Assembly: GCA_043821645.1 (NCBI GenBank)
Contig: JBDRCO010000070.1
Span: 32,001-96,000, forward strand
DNA from: Pseudomonadota bacterium
GTDB taxonomy: Bacteria > Myxococcota > JACRCW01 > JAFGSX01
DNA length: 64,000 nucleotides
Direction of reading: 5' to 3'
Under the pieces are notes generated by a model, which saw only the letters and a list, made by a program, of their open reading frames with translations, was not told where the DNA came from and did not search any database. The translations under genes were made by a program, and so were the position numbers. Below, piece after piece: positions 53,794 to 63,123 of this stretch; the stretch's first letter is position 1, and each line of letters begins with the position of its first letter.

Positions 53794-55806
53794 TCAGGGA
53801 ACCTTCGCGTCGGCTACGCCGGAATCTTCGGTCGGCGCGGCCTGTCCCTCGGGCAGATCGGGCACGTCCTGGAGCTTCTCGAGTTCGAGGATGGCCTCGG
53901 AATAGTTGTCACGCGCGGCCACAGCCTTCTTGAACTGCGCCTTGGCCTCGGCTTTCTTGCCCTGCTCGCTGAGGACCCGGCCCGCCTGCAAGAAGGCCTC
54001 GGCCTGGGTGGCGTCGAGCTCGCCGGCCTTGAGGAACTCACCTAGTGCTTCCTTGCCCTTGCCTTGCTTGTAGCGTGCAAAGCCCAGGTAGTAGTGCGCC
54101 CGCGCCAGGCTCGGATCGTCCTGGATGGCTCGCTCGAGCTCGACCATGGCGTCCTTGTCGCGCTCCTGCTTGAGCAGCACCAAACCGAGATCGGCACGCG
54201 CGTCCGCGAAGTCGGGTTTCGCCTTCAGGGCGTGGCGGTACTTCTTGGCCGCCTCGTTGAAGTTGTTCTGACGGTAGGAGATCTCGCCCATGCCCCACAA
54301 GGCGTCGGGCATGTCGGGATCCAGCTTGAGCGCGGTGACGAAGGCATCCCGTGCCTTGTTGGTGTCATTCAGCTCGAGGTAGAGCGCGCCCAGGTAGGCG
54401 TGGTTGCGCGTGTCATTGGGGTTCTGCTCGATGCCCTTCTGGTACTCGGCCACCGCCAGCTTGGTGAAGCCCTGACCGCGCAGGGCCGCCGCCAGCAGGT
54501 TCCGGCTCTCGCTGTCCTTGCCATCCGCCGCCACGCCGGCCTTGCCGACGGCCACCGCGCGCTCCCACTGCTTCTGGGCAATGAGCAGGCGCAGCAGCTG
54601 CCAGCGCACCTCGCGATTGGCCTCATCGAGCCCCAGGGCCAGGCCATACTCCTCGATGGCCTTGTCGATGGCGCCGTCCTTGAGGAACAGGTCGGCCATG
54701 CGCTGGTGCGCCTTGGCATCCTCGGGCCGCATGTCTGCCGCCGCCTTGTACGCGGCCATCGCGGCCGTGGTGTCGCCGCGCTGGTAGAACACCTCACCCA
54801 GGTACAGCTTGGCGTCGGGATTGTTGGGCTGCAGCTCCAGCGACTTGGAGAAAGCTTTCTCGGCTTCCTTGAGCTGCTTGCTGCGGTCCTTGCCCGTCTC
54901 CATGGCCGAGCGGAAGTATGCGAGCCCCAGGTTGAAGTGCGCGTCGGCGTAATCGCCCTTGAGCTCGATGGCCTTGAGAAAATGCTGGACCGCGTCGTCA
55001 TGGCGCTTGAGTCTGGCCAGGACCACGGCCAGGTTGTTGTGCGCCTCGGCGTGCTTGGGGTTCAGGGCCAGAGCCTTCTCGTAGGCCGCCACCGCCTCCT
55101 TGAAATTGCGGCGTCTGAACTGCACCACCCCGGTGTTGTAGAAGGCCTCGGGGTTCTTGGGGTCCCGCTCGATGACGCTGTTGAACTCGGCGAGGGCCTT
55201 CTCGAAGTAGCCACGGTCGCCGTACAGCTTGCCCAGGTTGATATGGGTCTGGCTCTCCTTGGGCTCCAGCTCGATGGCCTTGAGGTAGGCGCCGATGGCC
55301 TCGTCGACCTGGTTGACCACCTCGTAGGCCTCCCCCAGGTTGAAGTAGGCCGCGGCGAAGTCGGGCCGCTCGGCCACCACCTTCTTGAGTTCCTCGATGG
55401 ACTCCTTGGTGCGCTGGGACTTGCGCAGCACCCGCGCCAGGTCGAAGCGCCGATCCGTCGTCGGTTCGCTGGCCACCGCGCGTTGCAGCGCCAGCACTGC
55501 CCGCTCTGGCTTGTCGTTCTGCTCGAGCAACAGGGCCAGCGCCTGCTGCATGTCGGCGTCGTCAGGATCCAGGGCCGCCGCTGACTCCATCATGGCCAGC
55601 GCGTCGAGGGGACGATTGATCCGCGCGTACGCGACACCCAGGGTGAACCGATACTGCGCGTTGTCGGGCTCACGCTTCACCAGGGCCTCGTACTCCATCA
55701 CGACCTGCTCGTCCTCGGAGTCGCCCTGGGCGAGGGCGGTGATGGCAACCGTGCTCCATCCGAGCACGAGCATCACGGCCCAAGCTGTGGCTGGCAATCG
55801 CATCAT
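53794..55806 (-). CDS. Exported TPR-repeat protein
   Basis: Signal peptide followed by many canonical TPRs (AxxNLG...A...Y.KA.EL.P). Confidence 0.88.
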   Translation of the reverse strand: MMRLPATAWAVMLVLGWSTVAITALAQGDSEDEQVVMEYEALVKREPDNAQYRFTLGVAYARINRPLDALAMMESAAALDPDDADMQQALALLLEQNDKPERAVLALQRAVASEPTTDRRFDLARVLRKSQRTKESIEELKKVVAERPDFAAAYFNLGEAYEVVNQVDEAIGAYLKAIELEPKESQTHINLGKLYGDRGYFEKALAEFNSVIERDPKNPEAFYNTGVVQFRRRNFKEAVAAYEKALALNPKHAEAHNNLAVVLARLKRHDDAVQHFLKAIELKGDYADAHFNLGLAYFRSAMETGKDRSKQLKEAEKAFSKSLELQPNNPDAKLYLGEVFYQRGDTTAAMAAYKAAADMRPEDAKAHQRMADLFLKDGAIDKAIEEYGLALGLDEANREVRWQLLRLLIAQKQWERAVAVGKAGVAADGKDSESRNLLAAALRGQGFTKLAVAEYQKGIEQNPNDTRNHAYLGALYLELNDTNKARDAFVTALKLDPDMPDALWGMGEISYRQNNFNEAAKKYRHALKAKPDFADARADLGLVLLKQERDKDAMVELERAIQDDPSLARAHYYLGFARYKQGKGKEALGEFLKAGELDATQAEAFLQAGRVLSEQGKKAEAKAQFKKAVAARDNYSEAILELEKLQDVPDLPEGQAAPTEDSGVADAKVP

Positions 55807-55881
55807 TGCCTCGCTTCCATGCTCCATCGTGCCAGGCCCGCGATGGAGGTGTACGTGTGACCCTGCCGACGCACCCGGGCC

Positions 55882-56553
55882 TCAATCCGCCCAGGGCCCT
55901 CCGAAGGCTCCGCCGCTGGCCTCCTGCAATCGCTGACTCACGTCGTCGTAACGGCTGCGCACTTCTTCCTGCATGATGCGACTCTCGTCCATCCTGGAGA
56001 GTCCGTCGGCCACCTTCTTCTCCCAGTCCGCCACCTGCTCTTCGAAGCCGGTGAGATTGACGCCAGCCCCGCGCTCTGGATCGTGATCGTGCACAAGCTG
56101 GGCCTTGGCGTGCTCGTACCGTGCGCGTGCCAGCCAGAGCTGGTCCTCGAAGACCTCCCGCTTGACGTAGAGGTGGCGCATCTCGTCGAGCCGCAGCTCC
56201 AACCTGAGCTTGGCCCACTCCTTGTACAGCGCCAGCACGTCCGGGGAGTTGATACCGGAGACCTCGCCGCTGTCATCCAGCAGCTTGACCTTGTCGCGGG
56301 CGCGGTCCACGGTCGCCCGCCCGTCGCTGATCTCCCGCTCCGCCGCCTCGATGTTGTCCTTGGCGATGATGACTTCGTTCTCGGCATCGAACAGCGCCAG
56401 CTTCTCATCGTTGGGAATGCGATCGAGCTGGTTGCGGTCGATGCGGTGCCACAGACCGAAGCAGGCGCCCTGCGTCAGCAGCAGCGTGACCGCAAGCAGT
56501 CCGCTGGCCGGGGGTCGATTCCGTCGTCGCGAGTACAGGTGCACGATGTCCAT
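55882..56553 (-). CDS. Coiled-coil lipoprotein
   Basis: GGAGG RBS, lipobox-like TQGAC and a helical charged body. Confidence 0.7.
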   Translation of the reverse strand: MDIVHLYSRRRNRPPASGLLAVTLLLTQGACFGLWHRIDRNQLDRIPNDEKLALFDAENEVIIAKDNIEAAEREISDGRATVDRARDKVKLLDDSGEVSGINSPDVLALYKEWAKLRLELRLDEMRHLYVKREVFEDQLWLARARYEHAKAQLVHDHDPERGAGVNLTGFEEQVADWEKKVADGLSRMDESRIMQEEVRSRYDDVSQRLQEASGGAFGGPWAD

Positions 56554-56572
56554 CCTCCCGCGCCCTCGCACC

Positions 56573-59500
56573 TCAGCCGCCCACTTGCGCCGCCAGCTCG
56601 CGCGCCTTGGGCGCCACGTCGGGCCCTGCGGGCTTGCCGGCAGCGCCATAGGCCGCGCGTGCGCGTTTCAGATCGCCGACCCATGCGTAGAGCGCACCCA
56701 GGTTGGCCTGGATCGCGGGATTGCGCCCGTCGAGTTCTTTGGCGCGCTGCAGGGCGTAGAACGCCTCCTGATAGTTGCCCAGCTGGATGTCCGCCACGCC
56801 CATGGCATTGTGGGCAAGGGCGCTGCCGTCGTTGGCCTCGAGGGCCTTCGCCGCGACGAGCTTGGCCAGGTAGTAGTCACCGGCCTGGTTGGCGGCGCGC
56901 GCCAAACCGACCAGCGAATCCACGTCCTTGGGGTTCTTCTCGATCTTGGCGCGCAGCTCCTCGGCGCCAGGAATCTCCACCTCCTGCCTCGACGGTGCGT
57001 GGTCGGCATCCGGCTCCAGCGGCTGTCCGGTCAGGCAGGCCTTGGCGAAGCGATTGAACGCGTTGAGCTGCACCGACTTGTCCCGGCAGGTGCGGATCGT
57101 GTCCGCAGACGACTTGCGGTAATTGTCCGCCTGCTCCTTGAGAGCAGCCCGGTAGCCGGCCAGCTCCTCGGCGCTGACGCCCTCGGGGGCAGGGGCGTTG
57201 TCGAGGAAAGACGCGGCCTCGCCGTGAGCCTGCCCCAGGCGATAAAGACCACCGATGGCAAACTCGGGATCGCCGTACTTGATGGCCGTGACGTACTGCC
57301 CCTCGAGCTCGGCGAGCAGGCCGAATTTTTGCTCCAGCACCTGGGCATCGTCGCCCTTGCCAAACTGAATGCCATCAAAGCGCGAGCGCAGGATCTCACC
57401 GAGGTAAAATGCAGCCTGGGCACCGAACCGGATCTGCTCGCCACTCGCCGATCCCGGCGGGATCTGCTGCACCACGGCCATCAGGTTGCCGGCCGCATCC
57501 GCTTCCTGCCCTGCCTTGTACTGGGCTGCGCCTGCCCGCGACAGTGCCTCGATGCCATAGCTCGGATCGGCCATGATGGGCGTCGCGGCCAGGGCCACAC
57601 GCCGCCACTCACCGGTCTTCTCGGCCGCGGCGGCCATCTCAGCGTAGGCCCTGGCGGCATCCGGTCCACCCATGTTGGCCAGGCGCTCGTAGTCCGCCAT
57701 GGCCCCGGAGTAATCCCCCAGGTAGGTGCGGATCTTCGCCGCGGAACCGAGGAGCTCCACCGCTGCCTCATCGCGCGAGAAGCGGCGCCCGTACTCCTCG
57801 TACAGGGCGGCACCACGCACGAAGTCCGTGCCACGGATGGCCTGCTCTCCCAGGGACGACAGCACCTCCTTGGCGGCGTCCGAGGTGCCATACTCCTCGA
57901 GAATCTGGTTCCCGGCCTCGATCATGGCCTTGTTGTCGCGCCGGTCGCGCGCCACCACGAAGGCCTGGTACAGGGCCTTGGCGGCGACCTCGCTGCCCTT
58001 GCGATCGCCGCTGATGAAGTCCTTGAGGGCTTCCTGCACGTTGCCGCCGGCCTCGATGGTCTTGGCGTCGATCTCCTGCTGCTCCGCGTTGTCCGCCATG
58101 GCGAGGAGCTGCTTCTTGAATCCGTCGTCTCCGAGGCGTGCGATCTGCGCCAGCTCCCGCGCGACCTTGGCCAGACCCTCGAAGTCCTCCTTGTTGTTGT
58201 AGGCATCGAGGGCCAGGTTGGCGGCTGCGAGCGCGTCCTTGTGCAGCGGGTACTCCCGGGCGAAGGCAATGAACAGCTCGATGGACTTGTCGTACTCGCC
58301 CTGCTCGTAGTAAGCGCGGGCCACATTGAACTTGACCTCGGGCACCTGCGGATCGTCCGGAAAGGCCGAGACGAAGGCGGCGCCCAGCGCCTTGAGACCC
58401 TCGCGGGCCATGGCCACCTGGTAACGGTTCAGGTTCTCCTCGTCCTTGATGCCAGCGAAGTAGGCGTTGATGGCGCTGTTCATCGCCTTCTTGCGCTCGT
58501 CGTCCTTGTCGGTATCGCGCGCCAGGCTCTCGAACTCGCGCCCGGCCTCGACGTACTGCTTGCTCTCGTACAGGCTCTCGGCGTAGTTCCAGCGCATCTC
58601 CAGGCGCGTGGGCGAGTCGATGAAGAGTGACAGGTAGGCCTTGTAGGAGTGGCTCGAGCGCTCGAACAGCTTCTCGCTCGATGTTCGCTGGGCCTCGACG
58701 TGGAGCCGGGTCGCCAGGTCACGGGTGAGCTGCTCGAAGTCCGAGTAAACCTGGTCCTTCTCCTCCTCCTTGGCACGCCACGAGAACCGGTAGCGGGCGG
58801 CCGCATCGACCAGCAGCTTGACGTCCTTGTCCGACTCCTCGCGCTTCTTCGAGGCCTGCACAGCGTCGTACACGCGCTGGGCGTACTCGATGTTGCGATC
58901 CACGTCGTGAGAGAGCGACAGCAGCTCGCGGTACAGGTTGCCCGCCGCGATGTAGTTCTGCTTCACCGAGTAGCGCCGGGCCAGCTTCTCCAGCACCAGC
59001 AGGTACTCGGCGCGGCTCGACACCAGGTGCCGGAAGTACGTGGTGGCGTCCTCGGGCTTCTTGACCTCGGGATAGGCATAGACCAGTGAGGTCAGGGCCT
59101 CGCGCTTGACGTTGAGGTTCTTGTGACTGTCGATCTCCTTGCTCTTCTGCTCGTCGATCAGGGTGTTCTCGACGACCTTCTCGAACAGCCCGAGGGCATC
59201 CTTCCACTTCTCGCGGTTCAGATAGCACCAGCCCAGCTTGAAGCGGGCCATGGGGTGGACATAGCTCTCCTTCTCGCCCAGCACCTTCTTGTAGTAGCCC
59301 TCGGCGGTGTCGAGGTCGCTCTTGTCAAAGTAGTAGTCGCCGACGATGAGCCAGGCCTCGAAGCGGTAGTCGCTCTTGGGATACTTTTCCACCAGCAACA
59401 GGTAGGTCTTGATCATCTCCTCGTACTGCCCGAGCTCGCGCAGCTCGTGTGCGATGAAGAAGGTGATCTTGTCGTTGTCAGGGTAGCTGGCGAACTCACG

Positions 59501-59893
59501 CAGCACGCGCCGGTACTCGCGGATGGCAGCGTCCTTGAGCAGCCGCGCCTCGGGGGCCGTGATCGATCGCTTGTCGTCCAGGCCTGCCTCTTCGAGGATC
59601 TTGAAGTACACCAGGCGCGATTTCTCGACGTAGAGCTCGGCCAGACGGAATACCAGATCCGGCAGGTAGCGCTCGCTCTTGGAGCGCGCGATCAGGTCCT
59701 TGGTGACCGAGATCGACTTGTCGATCTTCTTGATGTCCCGGGCCAGCTTGCGGATGAAGGCTTCCTTGACGTCGCGCTGGGTCGAGAAGTCCGCGGCCAG
59801 CGCCGGCTGCGATGCCGACAGCCCGAAGGCCACGATGAGGCCGAGGGAGGCCAACCAGCGAGCGATGCTGGGAGCGAGGTGTCTGCGTGTCAT
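56573..59893 (-). CDS. Large exported TPR protein, GltD/AgmU/NfsD-like
   Basis: 1106 aa with signal peptide, FRLAELYVEKS, IVGDYYFD and FKLGWCYLN. Lies downstream of barrel/barrel/GltC-like genes. Confidence 0.75.
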   Translation of the reverse strand: MTRRHLAPSIARWLASLGLIVAFGLSASQPALAADFSTQRDVKEAFIRKLARDIKKIDKSISVTKDLIARSKSERYLPDLVFRLAELYVEKSRLVYFKILEEAGLDDKRSITAPEARLLKDAAIREYRRVLREFASYPDNDKITFFIAHELRELGQYEEMIKTYLLLVEKYPKSDYRFEAWLIVGDYYFDKSDLDTAEGYYKKVLGEKESYVHPMARFKLGWCYLNREKWKDALGLFEKVVENTLIDEQKSKEIDSHKNLNVKREALTSLVYAYPEVKKPEDATTYFRHLVSSRAEYLLVLEKLARRYSVKQNYIAAGNLYRELLSLSHDVDRNIEYAQRVYDAVQASKKREESDKDVKLLVDAAARYRFSWRAKEEEKDQVYSDFEQLTRDLATRLHVEAQRTSSEKLFERSSHSYKAYLSLFIDSPTRLEMRWNYAESLYESKQYVEAGREFESLARDTDKDDERKKAMNSAINAYFAGIKDEENLNRYQVAMAREGLKALGAAFVSAFPDDPQVPEVKFNVARAYYEQGEYDKSIELFIAFAREYPLHKDALAAANLALDAYNNKEDFEGLAKVARELAQIARLGDDGFKKQLLAMADNAEQQEIDAKTIEAGGNVQEALKDFISGDRKGSEVAAKALYQAFVVARDRRDNKAMIEAGNQILEEYGTSDAAKEVLSSLGEQAIRGTDFVRGAALYEEYGRRFSRDEAAVELLGSAAKIRTYLGDYSGAMADYERLANMGGPDAARAYAEMAAAAEKTGEWRRVALAATPIMADPSYGIEALSRAGAAQYKAGQEADAAGNLMAVVQQIPPGSASGEQIRFGAQAAFYLGEILRSRFDGIQFGKGDDAQVLEQKFGLLAELEGQYVTAIKYGDPEFAIGGLYRLGQAHGEAASFLDNAPAPEGVSAEELAGYRAALKEQADNYRKSSADTIRTCRDKSVQLNAFNRFAKACLTGQPLEPDADHAPSRQEVEIPGAEELRAKIEKNPKDVDSLVGLARAANQAGDYYLAKLVAAKALEANDGSALAHNAMGVADIQLGNYQEAFYALQRAKELDGRNPAIQANLGALYAWVGDLKRARAAYGAAGKPAGPDVAPKARELAAQVGG

Positions 59894-61674
59894 TCGAAGA
59901 GTTCCTCCCCGAAGCAGCGACTCTCGATGCGGAAGCGGTAGTCGTGCAGCTCGTCGTTCCAGTACTCGCCGTCAAAGGTGTAGTACACGTCACGCGTGCC
60001 GACCGGGATCGGCTCCTCGGGCGGGGGAAGGTCGGTGGAACCCTCACCGGCCTTGAGGCGCTTGAACACCTCGAGCGCCACCTCGTAGTCCACCAGCCGG
60101 GCCTGCTCCTCGTAGTCGAGCAAGGTGTCGGCCACCCGCTTGGCCTCCTCGTTGAGGTCCACCTCGAGCGCGCGCACGGTCTCCTTGATCTTGAGGTCGT
60201 AGATGCGCGCCAGGTACTGGGCGATGGGCGTCTCGGAGCCAAAGCGCTCGATGAGATCGCGCTCGACCTGCAGGGTCTTGAGGAAGGTCAGACGTCGGCT
60301 CGCCACAGGTCCCTGCAGCGCCGCCGCCCGCAGCGCCGGGTGCGACAGGGGGTCGCGCTTCTGGCGCAGGGTGTCGATGGCCTCGCCGTAACGCCGGCGG
60401 TACTCTCGGGCCGCACCCTTGGCCGCGGCATAGTGGCACAGCTTCTTGTAGATCAGGGCCTGCAGCACGAAGCGCTCGGGCTTGAAGTAATCGCGATAGC
60501 TCGGTGCGTCGAGGGAGATCAGGATGCCCATGGCACCGCGCATGTCGTTCGCGTAGTAACGGGTCCAGGCCTTCTCCAGGAAGATCAGCGCCTCCTCGTG
60601 ACTGAGAAAGGGCACGCGCACACGCTCGTACATATCGAGCGCCTCGGTAAACAGCTCCTGCCGGTTGGCGCGGGAGATCTCGTCGTCCATGCGGGTGCGG
60701 GCCCCCTCCTCGAAGTACAGGCGTGCCAGGGCCTTGAGTGCATCGTTGGCCACCTGGCTGTCCACGTCATTGAGGCTGGCCAGCGAGACCTCGGAGAAGA
60801 TGCGTCGCGCCGGCATCTCCTTGCCTCGCTTGAGGGTGTCCACCGCCTGGGCGTAGCGGCCTCGATAGAAGTAGTAGCAGCCCGAGATCTGGCCCAGCCG
60901 CTCGTCCCCGAGCTCCGCGGGCTCGCAGATCTTCTCCACGTCGAGCTTGTCCGCCAGGGTCTTGTTGTAGCACTCGGCGGGACGCGCATCGGTCTCGCAC
61001 AGCTTCTCGGTGGAGCGCTCGATGCGAGACAGGCGGTTGGAACAGGTCGGGCAGATGTTGTCAAAGTGCCGTCCCGCCCAGGCATCCTGCCCATCTCGCA
61101 GATCGACGAGCCCCTGGGTGTATTCGACGAAGGCCCGGACGTCGTCGGGGAGGTCGCCGAACTCGCTGCCCGCGATCAGATCGTAGACGAGAAGCTCCTC
61201 ATCATAGGGGTAGTAGCGCACGATCTGCTCGAGGGCGCGCACAGTGTCTGGCAGCAGCGCTGGCTGGCTGCGGGTCTTGGCCACGTTGTAAAAAAATTCG
61301 GCCGCTCCGTGCACGAGACCCAGCTCCTTGAGCGTGCGGGCCAGGTAGTACTCGGTCCACTCGTAGAAGTCTGCCGAGGGTTGGTTCCCGGCGATGTACT
61401 CGTGAAACTTGCGTGCCGCGCCCATGAAGTCCTTGCTATTGAAGGCCGCGACACCCTCCTTGAACACCTCCTCGGTCACCGCGACGACCTCGCCTGGCTC
61501 GGCTGCCGCGGCAGTTGCTTCGGCGGCCTCCGGGGTCGCTTCGGCTGGCGCCTCGGCTGCAGCAGGTGCAGCCTCCTCGGCAGGGGGCGCGTCCTGTCCA
61601 CGCGCCGACGACAGACCCAGGGTCAGCGCCGCCAGAGTCCACAGTGCTGTTCGTGTCGTTCGTGTCGTTCGCAT
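59890..61674 (-). CDS. Exported TPR-like protein, GltC/NfsC-like
   Basis: Signal, A/E/P linker, LEKAW, IYKKLCHY and C-terminal FDGEYWNDELHDYRFRIESRC. Confidence 0.75.
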   Translation of the reverse strand: MRTTRTTRTALWTLAALTLGLSSARGQDAPPAEEAAPAAAEAPAEATPEAAEATAAAAEPGEVVAVTEEVFKEGVAAFNSKDFMGAARKFHEYIAGNQPSADFYEWTEYYLARTLKELGLVHGAAEFFYNVAKTRSQPALLPDTVRALEQIVRYYPYDEELLVYDLIAGSEFGDLPDDVRAFVEYTQGLVDLRDGQDAWAGRHFDNICPTCSNRLSRIERSTEKLCETDARPAECYNKTLADKLDVEKICEPAELGDERLGQISGCYYFYRGRYAQAVDTLKRGKEMPARRIFSEVSLASLNDVDSQVANDALKALARLYFEEGARTRMDDEISRANRQELFTEALDMYERVRVPFLSHEEALIFLEKAWTRYYANDMRGAMGILISLDAPSYRDYFKPERFVLQALIYKKLCHYAAAKGAAREYRRRYGEAIDTLRQKRDPLSHPALRAAALQGPVASRRLTFLKTLQVERDLIERFGSETPIAQYLARIYDLKIKETVRALEVDLNEEAKRVADTLLDYEEQARLVDYEVALEVFKRLKAGEGSTDLPPPEEPIPVGTRDVYYTFDGEYWNDELHDYRFRIESRCFGEELFE

Positions 61675-62378
61675 CAGTCGTACCCGATGTTGAAGGAGCC
61701 ACCGAGCCCCAGGAACAGCACGTTGTCGATCTCGAAGCGCGGCGGGTCGAGCAAGAAGGCATCGACGGCCAGCACCATGTAGTGGCGCAGATCGACACGT
61801 ACCGAGAACCATTCGGCCGAGAACACGCGAAGTCCCATGCCGTAGTTGAAGCCAGCCCGGTGGCTCAGGAAGCCCGGCTCGAAGCTCGTCGACGACGGGG
61901 AGTACAGAATATAGGCGGGTCCCGCGGTGAGGCTGAACTCGCTGTGCACGATCACCCGGTTGAACAGCGCCATCTTGCCGTAGAAGGGCTTGAGAACATA
62001 GTTGCTGTCCGCGATGATCACGGCCTCCCGGAACTCGTAGTCGGTGAGCGGATTGGCGCCAAACTCCTCGATCAGAGCCTCCTTGAGCCGGGTATCCCAG
62101 TTGAAGGAATAGCTGACGCCGAAGACTTCCCAGGCGTGGCTTTCGGAGAAGTGCCACACGTAGCGCAAGGTCCCGGTCACGCCCTTGTAGTAGGCGTCGA
62201 TGGGGATCAGGCCCACCTGCAGCGACAGCTCGTGCGCCATCTTGTAGCGTCGGTTCTGGATCACCTGGGGCGGATTGTCGGGGTCGCGGACACTGACCGC
62301 CGCCGCTGGTGCAGCCACCACAGCCGTCAGCGCCAGTGCAGCGGCCGCGCGCATGACCTGCTCGAGCATGCTCGTCAT
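61674..62378 (-). CDS. Outer-membrane beta-barrel protein (GltA/B/NfsA/B-like)
   Basis: VIQNRRYKMAHELS, KPFYGKMALFN and terminal amphipathic strand LGGSFNI. Confidence 0.8.
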   Translation of the reverse strand: MTSMLEQVMRAAAALALTAVVAAPAAAVSVRDPDNPPQVIQNRRYKMAHELSLQVGLIPIDAYYKGVTGTLRYVWHFSESHAWEVFGVSYSFNWDTRLKEALIEEFGANPLTDYEFREAVIIADSNYVLKPFYGKMALFNRVIVHSEFSLTAGPAYILYSPSSTSFEPGFLSHRAGFNYGMGLRVFSAEWFSVRVDLRHYMVLAVDAFLLDPPRFEIDNVLFLGLGGSFNIGYD

Positions 62379-62379
62379 C

Positions 62380-63063
62380 TCACTCGAACCCCACGTTGAA
62401 GGACCCACCCGCGCTGAGGAACAGAATGTTGTCGACGCCCGCGTTGGGATCCAGGAAAGGAATGCCATTGAGGAACAGGTAGTGACGGATGTCCAGACGC
62501 ACCGAGAACCACTCGGCCACGAAGAAGCGGATGCCGACGCCGTAGTCCAGACCGGGGCGCCACGACGACACGTACTTGGCCACGCCGCCACCGGCGTTGA
62601 AGAACAGCTCGGAGTAAACGATGGTGCTGTTGAAGAGCGCCAGCTTCGAGTAGGCCGGCTTGAGCACGTAGTTGCTGGCCATCAGGATCTGCAGCGCATC
62701 GAACTCGCTGGACTCGGGCTCGGCACGCCACTTGAAGATCTCCTCGCGCACACCGGTCTCGATGTTCTGCGAGTAGGCCAGGTGTACGATCTCCCAGCCC
62801 TGGAAGTCGCCGAAGTGCAGGGTGTAGCTGAAGCTCCCCACCGCGCCTTTGTAGTAGGCGTTCATCGGCTGGATGCCCGCGGACATCGAGAACTCGTGGG
62901 TGAGCTTGAACCGGCGCTGCTGGATCACCACCGCGTAACCGCCCACATCCTCGTCGTCATAGGCCGCCGCGGCGGGAGCGGCGAGCCCCAGCGTCGTCAC
63001 CGCCAGCAGAGCGCCGACCCAGCTCGCGCGCCGCACGCGCGCCCCTTGAGATCTGTTGCTCAC
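62380..63063 (-). CDS. Outer-membrane beta-barrel protein (GltA/B/NfsA/B-like), paralog of the downstream gene
   Basis: VIQQRRFKLTHEFS, KPAYSKLALFN and GGSFNV. GTG start after GGAGG. Confidence 0.8.
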   Translation of the reverse strand: MSNRSQGARVRRASWVGALLAVTTLGLAAPAAAAYDDEDVGGYAVVIQQRRFKLTHEFSMSAGIQPMNAYYKGAVGSFSYTLHFGDFQGWEIVHLAYSQNIETGVREEIFKWRAEPESSEFDALQILMASNYVLKPAYSKLALFNSTIVYSELFFNAGGGVAKYVSSWRPGLDYGVGIRFFVAEWFSVRLDIRHYLFLNGIPFLDPNAGVDNILFLSAGGSFNVGFE

Positions 63064-63123
63064 TACCGTTCCTCCGGTTGCTGCACGTCGCACCTGTGCG
63101 CAGCAGGGACAGCTCGCGCTGCC

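Noticed and set aside
61649-61671. 9-bp tandem repeat GTTCGTGTC x2.5
   Set aside because: It is in-frame (RTT repeats) in a signal-peptide n-region, so length changes would not shift the frame. Probably trivial.
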